From contig CM000208.1 of NCBI GenBank assembly GCA_000002445.1, forward strand, positions 3,232,001 through 3,296,000: a stretch of 64,000 nucleotides of DNA, read 5' to 3'. Below, piece by piece: positions 1-12,908 of this stretch. The DNA is from Trypanosoma brucei (lineage: Eukaryota). The notes under the pieces are model-generated. The model was given only the letters and a program-made list of their open reading frames with translations, did no database searches and had not been told where the DNA came from. Position 1 is the first letter of the stretch, and each line of letters opens with the position of its first letter. A program made the position numbers and the translations under genes.

Positions 1-180
1 CACAGGCATTTAAAAAAAAAAAAGGTTCAATTTTACTGGTTTGAACGAGGGAGGTGTAAAGGAAGGAATGCAGAAACAAAAAAAACATGCCGATGGAAGC
101 AAACGTGGCACACAGGGGCGTGTGTCTTCGTTCCCTAACTGAATAAACACACGAACACAAAAATAGGAACATATGCATGC

Positions 181-204
181 ATATATATATATATATATAT
201 ATAT
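181..204. repeat. (AT)12 microsatellite
   Basis: Direct read: atatatatatatatatatatatat. Confidence 0.95.
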
Positions 205-1092
205 TCCCTTGGCATTCCCCCCTGCACCACGTTTAGACATTTACCAGATCACCCAGATGAAACCATGACAAGTGAAACCGCAATTGCATAAAAGCGGTTT
301 CCATGACATGGTTGCAGCAATTTTACAATGGAAAAAAGCAAGCAACGGTTTGCAACACCGTTCAACAAAGAACGAGGGAAAACCTGGAAAGAAGGCGACG
401 GTCGATCACCTCCAAAATGACTTTCCGTCGTTTTCCCCTTCGAATTTTGTACCAACATGCATCTCCTCACCAATCAACATTTCCTTATTGTCATCTCCGA
501 ACAGTACCGACCGCCAAAGAGCAATAAAAATTTTGCTTTGGACATAAAAACAAAGAAACTTCCACCTTCCACCGGGAAACCGCAGTTACAGGACGACAAA
601 CGAAGTAGAAGAAAAGAGGATTTGGCATGGTAAGTTATTGTGAAAGTGGGGAACCCAGACAGGGTACCCTCTAGAACCCATTCACGCACGCACACCCTCG
701 CCGTAACCCATATTACAACATTTATGTGAGCATAAGCAATGTTACAGAGAAAGCAGGAAGGCGCAAATAAAGTAGTGCTTCAAGACGGAAAAACAATGTC
801 GTTGAAATGTCGCAGTGGCCTTCACAGGGCCTCGTAATGAACTCTCTGCCCCCAGCACTCACCACACAACACAAATAAGGGGAAAGGAGATACACGGTTC
901 TCCCCTTGTTACGAGCACTTCCAACACATACAAAAGCAACCAACCCTGTCACTCAAGCATGAAGCAGCACACGATACGATCGGAGTTTGCCAGACACACA
1001 CACACACATATACCAAAGCAAAACACTGCTAATTTTAGGTGATTGACCACGGTTTCAACCGTTGATTGTTTTTTTTCCCCTTGCTCGGTATG

Positions 1093-2196
1093 CTACTCGC
1101 CCGATCCGCTCAAGCGGATCATTGCACCTGTTGGGGACTGCCATTTCTCGTCATCCCACGAAATATTCCCATTGTTGAGAGAAAGGCCACCGTTTCTGGA
1201 AATGGAGGCATCGTTTTGTAAACTTTCGATGTGTTCATCATCCGCTACGTCAAAAGTCCACGTACGTCCGGTACAAGTCTCTTTCTTGTTAGAGCCACTC
1301 TCAGATTGTTTTTGCTGTGTATGCACGTGTTGATTATATACATTTGAATGGGGAGCAGTGGCTGATGGATAAACAACACTCTCAAACTGGTAGAGTCTCG
1401 GTGCTGATGTGTATGGTTGCTCCTCGACAGAGAAGGAACTATAACTGCCTCGGTTCCTATCTAAGCCATCAACGCGATTTGTAGATGATGTGTACGGGCC
1501 AGAACCTGTGCCGGGAACACTCTGAGAGTGGATAGATGACGGAAGAGTATACCCTCCATTGTTGTCGGCGATTGTGGGGGGAAACATGTTAACAGAGGCA
1601 CCCAAACGCAACGGCATTCCCACCATGCCCGTTTCACCAGGAATTTGAGCCATTGGTGCTCTTGAACTCATCGTATACACCTGTTGGTTCGGGCACCTTG
1701 CTTTGCTTATGGTGGCAAATTGTACACGAAGTGGATTGGTTTGGGGAGGAACCGTGTGCTTCTCATGGAGAGCATAAATGGCGCTCGAGGCCATCTCATC
1801 CGTTCGATAACGCACCCATGCGCTCCCCTTTGAACGTCCCATGGAATCACGCATGATCTTAACCTCTAAAAGCTCTCCATAGGGTTCAAAAACCGGTCGC
1901 AGTTGTTTTTCTGTTGCGACAGCAGGTACCTGCCCTACAAAGAGCTTGCTTCCAACACGAGTATGCCTATTACCCCTGGAAACAGGGTATTGCTGGGCGT
2001 GATGGACCATGTTCGTCATATGCCCGGTGCTGAAGGTTCTTGACTGTCGGTGCGTTACGGCTCCATGTGAATCTGCACGCCCCACATCATTGTCGCAGTG
2101 TTTTGGGGAATAGCCCATACCTGTATCATCGTTGACGTTGCCTATGCTGGGGCTGCTGAACACACACTGAGGATTCGCCAATGGTGAAAAATTCAT
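1093..2196 (-). CDS. RNA-binding protein with a single RRM domain
   Basis: 367-aa ORF with a true ATG (plus 2194-2196 = cat). RNP-2-like LFVGQV and RNP-1-like KGSAWVRY motifs span about 70 residues typical of an RRM. N-terminal half is low-complexity, S/T/G/N-rich. Confidence 0.7.
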   Translation of the reverse strand: MNFSPLANPQCVFSSPSIGNVNDDTGMGYSPKHCDNDVGRADSHGAVTHRQSRTFSTGHMTNMVHHAQQYPVSRGNRHTRVGSKLFVGQVPAVATEKQLRPVFEPYGELLEVKIMRDSMGRSKGSAWVRYRTDEMASSAIYALHEKHTVPPQTNPLRVQFATISKARCPNQQVYTMSSRAPMAQIPGETGMVGMPLRLGASVNMFPPTIADNNGGYTLPSSIHSQSVPGTGSGPYTSSTNRVDGLDRNRGSYSSFSVEEQPYTSAPRLYQFESVVYPSATAPHSNVYNQHVHTQQKQSESGSNKKETCTGRTWTFDVADDEHIESLQNDASISRNGGLSLNNGNISWDDEKWQSPTGAMIRLSGSGE

Positions 2197-4253
2197 TCCT
2201 TCCTACCTTATCCACTTTCTTCACGCTAAACGTTTCGCCCCACTCTTCCTCTGGCGCGCGCACTTACTCAACTAGTAAATTTCGGGATAGTTAACAACTC
2301 TCAGTCGACCTCGAAACTCCAAAGAGAAAGGATCCTAAGAAACATAAAAGAGACAAAGCATAGAAAAGCTTGAACTCACAGGGCAGTACGAAGTGCCTGG
2401 AAGGCTCAGTGAGTGTGCTCAAGCTTAAATCGCACCACGCAGAAAGGATGAAAAGGGCACGTATAATTGAAAAGCAACCCCCTTTTCCCCTTATGTGCCC
2501 CTCGCTTTGGGAATGGATTATGAAGTGGTCTTGAAAGGCAACGAAAGGCCTTCATAGTCCCATGACGGTGCGTCAGCGAAGCAACATCGTCGCGTCAGGG
2601 TATGTCAACCTGTGCTCAATGGCAATAGTTACCAGGAAGCACCTCCATGGCATCCTAGCAAGCTTGCATAAGCGTTTAATATAATCACCCACAAGCACAG
2701 GGATTAGTCTGCTGTGTTTAACCAAAAACCCCTCGAATTGACATTACCTCAGTTGCAGTGGCGGGGTGGCGAGAGACAAAAGTAAAAACACAAGAATGCA
2801 CAAACACAAGCAGCGAAACTAACAACGAAAACACAGAGGGTCCAACGTGTCTTACGCAGATAGAAAATACAAAACGGTTATATTTTCATCCAAAACTAAC
2901 CATCCACTCAATTTGCGCTTCCTCAAACATGAAGTATGAGCACAATTTACTCAAAAGCACTGTGGCTGAAAGAAGGGGGCGAGCGGAGGAACGATATTCC
3001 CTTCACTCTGAAAGACGCCACCATAGATACCCATAGTGTTCACATAATGTGGACAACGCAGGGGGAGAAGGTTGGCACAATCACTCCTCCAACCCCCCGA
3101 CAAACTGATCGGTCCAAAGCAATAACAGCTAAGGCAGCGAAAAATGCACCACATAACTTTACATGGCCCCTTACGCACTCACCGGGAATGGCGCAGAAGT
3201 GCCCCTGGTAGCACCACTTGTCAAAAATGCACTGACATGGTTACCGCCGCCCAATTAGGCTCTTTGTTCTGGTTCTAGCAAAGGTCATCAAGATGTCGCA
3301 CAATTGCGCAACTCCTCAACGTGCAGTAATACACGCATCCTTTGGGGTAGTGCGCACATATCGACGACGGTGGCCTCCATACCCCTAAAACTACAAACAA
3401 ATATCCCACGTTCTGTACAGAAGATCACAGTTTGGGTTGCCTAAAACCGTAACCACACGACGTGACGAATGTTTAAGCCGGTGATCTGTCCTGAAAGTTA
3501 TAACACCAGTTGAAGAAACACCGCATCCTTAAATAACAGAAATAGTACACCTAGCATCATTTGTTGTAAAAATCACAGGGAGAGAAAGTGATCACTGACA
3601 AACAAAAAATTGCAAAAGGAGGTTTTATGCTTCAAAACTCTCTCCCCCTATACCTACGGAACAACAACTGAGCAACCAGTTTGCTCCCGCATTGGATCGA
3701 ATCCAATGCCTTGTTTAAATAAACCTGCACTTCTGTGGGTGTTGAATAGCACGGACTGAACTAAAAAAAACGAGTGTCCAAATGCGCGAAAAGCCGTATC
3801 CAACAAAATCAACCTATGATAGTATCTGGGAGTAATCGCTTCTGCCTGTTTATTCAATTCCATCACCGTACGCAGCACAAGAACTTGTGTGCATGTTATT
3901 CAGGACCAATGCCAAATGCGCTTACGAACCAAAGAAAACACCAAGAGTATGTGGGTGGTGTGTCCTTTCCACCGCGTACATGACGTGCTCCCCAAGCACG
4001 CAACGAGTATCGCCTACTTAGCTAGGTACAGAGGTGGTGTCGATTTGCTTTAGGGAGGAGCTACGGCTACAGGACATCAGTACACTGAACACACATCAGC
4101 AACGCACAAGGCCGCACACGTCACACGTACGTCAAACCACTAGAGGATCGGGGCTACTGTGACCTTTCTAGCTAACGATGGTCACGACAACGCCCAACTA
4201 CAAATAGTGTAATAGACTTACACACCGATGTTTTGTAAAAGCCAGTAATTTAC

Positions 4254-7200
4254 TTAGGCAGTTCCTGTGCACTGAACATGGTACACCCTTTCTTCCGGCA
4301 CCAAAGCACACTTAATCGCCAGTGAAAACGTACAAAATGAAACGTCCGTGTGATCACGTCTGGGGTTGTATGACACCGTGAATGTACCGTGACTCCCAGC
4401 AGGTCCAGTAATTTTCAGAGGCTCTAACTTCCACCCATTCTCAGTAAACGTCTCACTCCAGCCACCAACAATGCATTCAAAAGAGCTTCCTGCCTTGAGG
4501 CTACCAACGGATATTGATCTTGTTTGTTCTGCTGCGAAATAGAGTCGGACCGGGTCAATGGCAGACGCACCAGTTTCCGGGAAGGGGTTTTTCCGGAAAC
4601 CAGTGTACGGTGCACTCTCTCCCGCCGCCAATTCCTTACATGAGGGAAATGTTAGAAACACAGGCAAGTCGCACCCACGACCTTCCACAAGGATGGTTTG
4701 AACAGACGAGCCATCTGAAACGCGAAGATGCAAGGAAACCATTCCAACTACTTGTGGGGTGAACACAATCGTTTTGGGGACCTTTGTCCTTCCTGGTATG
4801 ACAAACTGATCGCACTCAAAGGTAAAAGAACAGCCTTCTGGCCACGCAGGAGTCTTTCCCTCCCCAGTAATAAACGCAACGTTCACTTCAAGAGGCAAAT
4901 TGCTCATATTGTGGAAAAAGAGTTGCTGCCGAGATTCCTGTCCAACCTGAGCGGGTTCTAGAACGATCACCTCAATGGACTTTGTTTGCTCCCCGAGCTC
5001 TCGATCGCCAGTTACAAGCAAATCGGCGGGCTCACATGATCCTTGCAACGATAACGTCACGTCATTTGAGCATGCGGAGGAAAAAACTACCTCCTCTCTG
5101 TAATAGCCGCACTCTGCGGGTGTAAAGCAAACGGTTACCGCACATTCTTCATCGTGAGAAAGGATAAACTGAGGTGGCTTGGAAACGAAGAACGGTGAAT
5201 ATGCAGCCACTGGGCGCATTTGCAAATACATGGACCCTTCCCCAGTGTAGCGAAGCAGGAAAACTCGTTCAACACGAGAGTTTAGCGGCACCTTCCCAAA
5301 ATCAACACTTTGCTTGACAGCACTCGGTGATATTTCTAGTGTTAGTGACTGCTCGACACCGCGACGTTCGTTCTTCTTCGCACCGCGTTTCGATGCCTTC
5401 CTCAAAACTGCCTTCTGGTGGACGCGGGAGACTAGGCTCACGGATAGCGTGGGTTTGACAACAACACAATTAATTTGAAGCATCACAACTTGTTCACTAG
5501 CCGCCTCCCCTACCACGCACTTTAAGAAGAAGCTGGAATGTCTGCTCCACCCCTCACCGGAGGAATTACACTCCCATGCCTTGTATAGTTCGTTTAAGCA
5601 AGCTTCTTCGCTATCTGTCACCTTTTCCAGCGGTGGTGTATGTTCCCGTTCCCTTCCTCTCCGGGATATGCGCTTGGTACTTGGCCGAGGCATTGTCTCC
5701 TCCAAGGGTGGTGTGGACGGCTGCGCAAGAGGTGCGAAGAATACAACAATAGGACAATGTTCTCCTCCTTGAAGGGTCCCGAACGAAGGACTTGCCCTTA
5801 GGTATTCAAGAGGGGAGGAAATGAAGAACGATTGTTGAGCATTCCCATTGTTCTGCAACGTTACTGAGTAATTGATCTCACCACCCAATGGGCATGCTGG
5901 AAGATCGATACATGACTTTGAGAACCGTACAGGATACTCGCATCCGCAGCCAGTCAGTTGAATGGCACGTGAAACATCGTATTCGTTGGTAATATTGACA
6001 ACGTGAGTGAACTGGCCAAGCGTTGGCGGTCGCACTCCCACCTTGAACTCCATCACCTCTTTCGGTAGCAACGTAACGATTGGGTATGGAGCAACCTTCA
6101 CGTTATCAGGAAGTGTTAAGAATCCAAGAGTTTGGGGGAGATCGGACAAATTTTCTACCCTCAGCGGCTGTACTATCTCTTCGCAGACGCTTCGCGAACC
6201 AAAGTGCAGTTCATTCGTGCTAACCCCGAACCCCCGCTCAGTTAACCTCGCATTCAGTTTTACTGAAAGGGGCGTTTTCTGATCACGGACTGACATCAGA
6301 ATTACGCTTTGAACTGTGTGTCCAAGACCTCTTTGAGGAGTGAAAAAAACGCAAATTTCGGAAGTGCTCTTTGCTTGAACACATACCGACTTTGGTGAAA
6401 AAGAGAGCGACGAAGACAACGTTGGTGGGACCTCCGGAATAACTGTTGTCAGCACGTTTGTTGTATTTTGAATCGTTATCTTTTCGCAGTACGTGGTTTC
6501 AAAAAAACACCACTCGAAGTCTATTTCAGCTGCCGAGGAGACGTGCACAGGAAGTGAACCTCCAGTCCCTCTTACTTGAATTTTTTTGACAGCCGCCGAC
6601 CCGTCTACATCGTAGCGGATTTCAATGTCACCATCAATAACAACATCTTCATGAGGAGAAAATATTACATCAAAGTAACTAGCGGAATACGGTTCAATGG
6701 TCAGAGTGTAACCAGCGGGGTTAAACACCACGACAGATTCTTCTTTTCCGTTGATAGGATTCTTATGAAGCACATCTGTCCAGTCGCGCACCGACCCACC
6801 AACCGATACTGTAGCTGCAAGGGCACCGTCATTCCTCAGAGTAACCCTTTTGGACAATTTCTCTCCGAATATCACACAACCATAATCAAGTTTGTCAGGG
6901 GAAGCAGAAACAACTGATTTACGACGAAAAGCCCTCACCGGGACAACGAAAACACCTTGTTCTGTCCGAAATACGATGGTTGTTTCTAAATCGTCTTCCT
7001 TCGAGGGGGTAAACCGAATGTTCACACTCCAAGACAGTCCGGAGGGAAGTTTCGGCGGAAGACGATATTCATACTGGAGGACCTCTTTATATTTTGGGGA
7101 GACGGGTAAAATCCTGAAGGCGTACAACTTGTTCGTGCAGTTTGTTAACGTTACCTTCTTGGTGTACGTTTGGCCGACTACAATATCTCTAAAATCTACA

Positions 7201-7394
7201 GTCCTAGGGGTTACAGTGAACAATCCTTCTGCTTGTGAACGGTCTTGCTGCTGAGCGCATGTCAGTCCGTAATCTTTAACACTCCTTTGCCGATGGTTCA
7301 CCTTCGGACGGTCAGGTAACCTTTCTTCAACCTCATCTATAATCCTGTAGCGGTCGTCTCGCAGGCCACCATCCTTAAATGCAATGAAATCCAT
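4254..7394 (-). CDS. Large (about 1046 aa) protein with multiple ASH/MSP(PapD)-like beta-sandwich repeats; candidate flagellar/ciliary protein (hydin/CFAP65/CFAP74-like architecture)
   Basis: Long uninterrupted minus-strand ORF. The track's first codon is GTG (plus 7401-7403 = cac); the first ATG is at 7394..7392 (MDFIAFKDGG...), 11 nt after a CAG acceptor. The protein carries at least 7 repeats of the pattern hydrophobic-T-L/I-x-N-x-(G/T/S)-x..., for example VTLTNCTNKLYAFRI, VTLRNDGALAATVSV, ITIQNTTNVLTTVI, VTLQNNGNAQQSFFI. This pattern is characteristic of ASH/MSP Ig-like domains of ciliary proteins. Confidence 0.6.
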   Translation of the reverse strand: MDFIAFKDGGLRDDRYRIIDEVEERLPDRPKVNHRQRSVKDYGLTCAQQQDRSQAEGLFTVTPRTVDFRDIVVGQTYTKKVTLTNCTNKLYAFRILPVSPKYKEVLQYEYRLPPKLPSGLSWSVNIRFTPSKEDDLETTIVFRTEQGVFVVPVRAFRRKSVVSASPDKLDYGCVIFGEKLSKRVTLRNDGALAATVSVGGSVRDWTDVLHKNPINGKEESVVVFNPAGYTLTIEPYSASYFDVIFSPHEDVVIDGDIEIRYDVDGSAAVKKIQVRGTGGSLPVHVSSAAEIDFEWCFFETTYCEKITIQNTTNVLTTVIPEVPPTLSSSLSFSPKSVCVQAKSTSEICVFFTPQRGLGHTVQSVILMSVRDQKTPLSVKLNARLTERGFGVSTNELHFGSRSVCEEIVQPLRVENLSDLPQTLGFLTLPDNVKVAPYPIVTLLPKEVMEFKVGVRPPTLGQFTHVVNITNEYDVSRAIQLTGCGCEYPVRFSKSCIDLPACPLGGEINYSVTLQNNGNAQQSFFISSPLEYLRASPSFGTLQGGEHCPIVVFFAPLAQPSTPPLEETMPRPSTKRISRRGREREHTPPLEKVTDSEEACLNELYKAWECNSSGEGWSRHSSFFLKCVVGEAASEQVVMLQINCVVVKPTLSVSLVSRVHQKAVLRKASKRGAKKNERRGVEQSLTLEISPSAVKQSVDFGKVPLNSRVERVFLLRYTGEGSMYLQMRPVAAYSPFFVSKPPQFILSHDEECAVTVCFTPAECGYYREEVVFSSACSNDVTLSLQGSCEPADLLVTGDRELGEQTKSIEVIVLEPAQVGQESRQQLFFHNMSNLPLEVNVAFITGEGKTPAWPEGCSFTFECDQFVIPGRTKVPKTIVFTPQVVGMVSLHLRVSDGSSVQTILVEGRGCDLPVFLTFPSCKELAAGESAPYTGFRKNPFPETGASAIDPVRLYFAAEQTRSISVGSLKAGSSFECIVGGWSETFTENGWKLEPLKITGPAGSHGTFTVSYNPRRDHTDVSFCTFSLAIKCALVPEERVYHVQCTGTA

Positions 7395-7403
7395 TACTTG
7401 CAC

Positions 7404-7440
7404 TCTGACAGAGCAAAAAAAAAAGAAAAAATAGGAATAA
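7404..7440 (-). promoter_or_regulatory. Polypyrimidine tract plus AG trans-splice acceptor for the downstream large gene
   Basis: Minus strand reads TTATTCCTATTTTTTCTTTTTTTTTTGCTCTGTCAG|AGTGCAAGTAATGGATTTC. This is a U-rich tract and the first AG 11 nt upstream of the ATG, the canonical kinetoplastid SL-addition architecture. Confidence 0.5.
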
Positions 7441-10400
7441 ATGCGCGGTTGACATGCTACTGCAGTGAGTCAGTGAGTAGCACAGAAATACACAAAAATT
7501 GTCAGTTTGATATAACGGCCTACGAAGTGAAACATTCAAAAAAGGTAGGACCGATACAGGACGCGATACCAGGTATATTCGCCTCTCAGAGGCAGTGCAA
7601 TAATGGGTAACATTTAAAAATAGAAAAAGAGATTATAGGGCAGAAGCACCAATAGTTTAGAAAACCTCGCGGCAACAAACTAGCAACATCACATCCTTTA
7701 CGTATAAGCGACGCCACTCCAATACCTAATACAAGCCTTCATTTCACAAGGGTGACCTCGGAGAAACTCCCACAGGTGTTGACGTGGAAGCACTAAGGGG
7801 AAAGGGAGGTGACACTACTTGAAACACAGACCCTCTCCATACCAGTGTACTGTCATCACACTTGTGCGTACCATTAAGCCAGAAACACATACGATAATTG
7901 CGTGACAGTATTAACGTTCTGATTGAGTGTGAAAGACGTAAATAAAACGGGCGATGCACTAATATCAGCAACAAATGAATGTTATCCGTCCTATACGCGA
8001 GGAAAATTTGCTACCGAAGCTGACGCAACACCAACGCCCAATAGCAGACCAAAGATCAACACCAGCCAGTATTATCCCTGGGATTGTTGAGCGCTAGCCC
8101 ACCCAGGCCAATGAGACAACACGCGTCCGCACCCTCACCCTTTTTTGACGCGGCAGTAAACACTGCCTTCCGCGGAAAAGCACAACTCCTGTACAATGTG
8201 GGTAACCACTTGAAGTGAAAACACCTACGCTGGGCAAGGGCTGGTGAAGCTCCACTCGCACTTCTACCACGTAGGAGTGCAACCCCGACAACCCCCTGAG
8301 GGGGCGTCGGGCACACCCGTGGCTCTACTGGCCACAGCATCAGAGGGACAGGGTCGACACCGCGACGAACCAGCCGACTCTGGTGAAGGTGCTCCGGGGA
8401 AGCAGGGTCACCTCCTGCACTTCTGTGGAATACGAGCTCCGACGGTGGAAGAGAAGAAAATCACTTTAAACACACAGGTCTCCAGCACATAACCCCTGAT
8501 AGCTACGCAAGCAAAGGTAGAGTGGGCGGTTTCAGCACCGAAAGCAGGGGTACCGCAGAGGGTCCAATGTGCTCAGGAGGGTTGGAAAGGACGATCACCG
8601 GGGCGACGCCCAGCAATGCAGGAACGGATGTTGGTTCAGGCCATGTGGCCCGAGAGCACCCTGCCCCTGCGAACCGCGAATCATAAAGAACATAGGTCGG
8701 CATGCCAATGGGAAAGTAAGAATCGGCAGTGCGGTGGCAGCCAGATGAAACAAAAAAATGAAGGAGGTGGAAACGGAGCGACACACCGCGGAGCACAGAG
8801 GACTGAAGCGTTATGGTGGACCACCCCGCGCCAAATCAACCGGATCACAGTCTGGTAGCTTTTGATGTCACCGTTGGCCGCCGTATTTGGGGAGCACACC
8901 AGGCTTCTGCACGGCATTATGTCAGGCAAAGAAAAGGGCGGCCCAGCCACGACGCCATGAACAGGCCCATGCAAAGATAAAGGAACGGCTCAGGACTTCG
9001 CCTAACTGTTTGAACAGTATCAACGGAGCAAAAAACCCAGTCATCCGAGGGGTGGCAGCACCGGGCGTCCCACGGGAAAGGAGCAGGACGATCTCCAGCA
9101 CAGGAGAGGAAAGTATCAAATCCAGAGAACGATGCAGAAAGGCGCCTCGGGGGGAGGGATGAGGGGAAAATGTCCCGGAAGAGAAGCCATAAAACACGTA
9201 CGAAGCAGCCTTCAATGGAAGGGAGGGCGGCGTCTTTCAGTTGCCTCCACCGTTGAGAAACAGCTGGGAACCACACGGCGTCTGTGTATGCCCAACGAGC
9301 TGGCTTAAGCACAGAGCCCATGACGAATGGGGCTGCACCAGTAAAAAGGCAACAGATGCAGATGTTAGAAAGGATGTGCCGAGAGAAACCGACGAAAACG
9401 CCTCTACTGAACAGCAGCGAGGATGCTAGACGCCAAAGAAGCGACGCCGAAATTGTTTCCGTACGACCGAGTCGATGTTGGCAGTGTGGGAACGACCTAC
9501 TGGATCGACAGCGGGTTAGGTTGACGTATGCTTCAAGGATTTAAAAAAATTGCTTGACTTCGTTTTGGCATGCGCAAAAACAATCAACCGAAGTCCACAA
9601 TTCAGAAAGGGACCGGGGAAGGGAAAGCGTGGGGGGACTATAGTACGGCCAAATGCACAAACGAGAGAACCTGGTGCGAAATGCCCACACACGCATCAAG
9701 TAACGCCGAACACTGCCATGCGCAAAACGTTTGGGCGACTGGCAGCCAGGAGTTTTTTTAACTTGATTGGTTGTCTGTTACGAAAAAGTAAAAAGCGCTA
9801 TCGCTTACGGCACTCACCGACAAACTGCACAGCTCAGTTTCTTGGAAACGTAATCACGAGCAGAACACCACAGTGAGTTGCCGTTGTGCGACCATAAACT
9901 TTTCATATGCGTTCGGTTCCGTGAACCATGGATTGGACTGCCCCCGCCCCTCGTGGAGCTCGCCGCCGATTCAAATACCTTCCAATCGATAAGCAAGTTT
10001 TTGTCACACATCACGACCATGTAGCGTTCCCCCTCGCAGGCTACAGGGCACCCGAAACATCACGGGTACGTTGCAAGAAGCACGGGCAGCGTGGTACAAA
10101 ATGTGCGGACCACACCCGTAACGAGACCGAAACCTGAAAACACCGGCACGCGCAGCCCACCCTCCGACAAAGTTGCTGGCTGCCTCTCCACCCAAAAATA
10201 AAAATAACGTGCACCAACTATCATGAAGATGTTGCGGCGGCAGGTGCCGGCTCTCATAGCACATATAATGAATGAGGTGGGAGGTACCCCTTCCGCTGCC
10301 CAATGGTGCCGAAGATGGGGAGGGACTTTCTGTTTGAGTTCCCCACCTACAGGAAGCAGTTGCGGCGGATGGCCAACAAGGGCCGCTTTCAAGTGCAGGA

Positions 10401-12908
10401 AGAAAAATAATTCCCCTCGTCACACTCCGGAGGTGATGGCATTGGTGACCGACCTTGTTCCACTCGGTGGTGGACGCTCTGCCGCCCTCGAGAAGAAAAT
10501 ATTAGAGTGCGTGCATGCGATTCGCTTTCGGTAAGCACAAGCGGCAACGGAACTGGATCACAAGGTCGAATAAGTTTGGTACCCCCGAAGGCGGTTGCAA
10601 CCTCAGAGTAGTTCCTTTTTGCTTCACTTTCTCCTTTTCCGTCGTTAGAGGGAAGGCGAACTTCCGCGACGGTTGGCGAGCAGAGTGGGGTCTACACTCA
10701 TTCCCATAGTGCTTCCCCGACGCGCTGACAACGATCTACGGTGACACGGTGCTGCGCTTGCCAACAAACTAGGGTAAAGGAACTGTGCTTGAAAAATGAT
10801 TGGCAACTAAAGGCTATTTTCCTAGAGGCCTCTTGCCGGAACTTGCGGGCGCGAAGTGGTGTGCAGTTGGCGGGATGAGCCCCCGGAAAAGGCGCACACT
10901 TCCAAGCATGTCGTCCTTTTAGGCGCCGGCCTTGCGACCACACCCTCAAACGTTGCTCCGCGTTGTGCTTGTGCGCGTTTCGGTGACCTTGGTGGTCGTG
11001 ATCTAAACAAAAGTGTACAATAAGAGTAAATTCTGGCGTATGTTGAGTGTGCCGCTTCCAGCACCTTTTTCATGCACTCTGGTGACGTTTTCCACCGCAT
11101 CGGGAGTGGGATGCGCAATGAAGGTGGCAACGGTGGAAAGCGCTGCGAAGAGGATTGGGGTAGAGGAAGTGCCAGAGGGATACGACGAAGGAATAAGAAA
11201 ATGAGGCTCTGCCTAGTTCAAGAAACGGACCCGACATGGGATGAAAAGTGTACAAGTGGTGGCGGGATAAAGGAACACGGGAACGCCGAAGATGACGGGC
11301 TGCACAGGGAAGGGAGGAGCAGATGGTGGGGAAACCGCATGAACTTATCACCCTTCAATTTTCACAGCCACGTGTCGGGCTCCGGTGGGGTTGGGAGGGG
11401 AAAGGGGGATGGGGAATAAATATCGCAGAATTACCGCACCCCTCGTCCTGGATGAATCCGGTTCCTTGGCCACGTTGGAACGTTGAACCGAATAGACCGT
11501 GTAAACTGCGCGCCATCAGGCGGCTCGAGGCTACGGCACTTTCAAACACAGCGAAAGTGGCGATCCCGAAGCAGACAAGGGATTTGTTCTGCAAGGAATA
11601 AAAGGAATTCCACACCTCGTTACACAAAGTGGCGTCTCCACCTTCCACACCCGGGGAAAGTAACTTTGGGGCGCCGGAGCATCACTGCTTTTGTGCTGCC
11701 TCAGTTCCACCCGCTTTCTCACAACGTCTCCGTGGTAAACATATTTCGTAACCCGCTATCCCTGCTGATGCTCACAGCTGCATCGGCCTCCAAAGGATGG
11801 AGGTTGGAATGGGCTGTTGTAAACTCTCCTCCGCCTGTAGGGTCCCAAATTCGGAAGGATTGAAGTCTCAGTGGTCTGACCCAACGTAATATCTGCATAT
11901 GCCCCCCTTCGGTGATTTAGCGGCACATTGGGTAGGAGAGACTGATTGGACGACTACAAGCTCCAGCCAACGAATTCGATTGGATTTGGTGGCCGTAAGG
12001 GCTCTAATTGCCTGGAACAATTGCTTTAGAGAGCTTTTTGGGAAAATGCCTCCCTAACCCCAACGACATCAAACTACGCACGGGGAGGGGGAAACTATTT
12101 ACGGCGAAAGCGGGCTCGAGAGTCACTGGCTTTGCGAATAGCAGTTCACACCTGCCCTGCGGATGTGCATGATTTGGTGGGAAAGGTGGAAAGTTGGAAA
12201 TGCTGCCACTATGCGGTTCGAGGGTCAGGAGGATCCGCTGTCATATGATCAAGTGATGTGTCTGAGAAGGAGGGAGAAGAGGAAGGGGATGCCAGAAAGG
12301 CCGATTCGCCGCGGCCCACGCGCTGCAACATGAGAACTCTTTGCTTAAACAGCGTGGGACCCGCAGTGAGAAAGTATGGTGGGAGGGTGGGCTTTGGTTT
12401 TTCCAACTTCCTGCGAAGAGATCGACCGTTACAACTTTGTGTCAATCCATCTGGTGCCGACCTACTCTTATTAACATTTCCGCCGTTTCGGTTTGTCCTC
12501 ACTACTTCTGATGAGAGAACAACCGCAAAGGGCATTGACTACGCTCCAAATGAAAGATAATTAAAAAAGAGAGCACAGGGAGAATGAAATGCAGCGACGG
12601 GCACTGTGCGGAACAACCGCCACTGCCGCATTCGTACCAATATATGCGTAATTTGAGCAATGCTACTCCAGTGGAAGGATGAAGGGAGGGGAGAAGGTTT
12701 GTTCCCCACCACCTCCACCGGTCCGTTACTCAAACACAACGTCCCGAGGACAGCTATGTTTGAAAGTAAGAAAATGTCGATAAATGGGGTTAGATGGATC
12801 TTAACAACACATAAAGAAATAAATTACGGGGGAATAGGAACTGGAGCATTAGTCCCAGCCAAATACCCCCATATCGTCACCCATTTCCTTCATCCCCCGC
12901 AGTACTTC

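Noticed and set aside
7404-12908. Calling the 5.5 kb gap an ingi/RIME retroposon
   Set aside because: The size is suggestive but I could not find RT (FADD/YADD-like), endonuclease, poly(A) tail or target-site-duplication signatures in any frame. It is left as an open finding rather than a feature.
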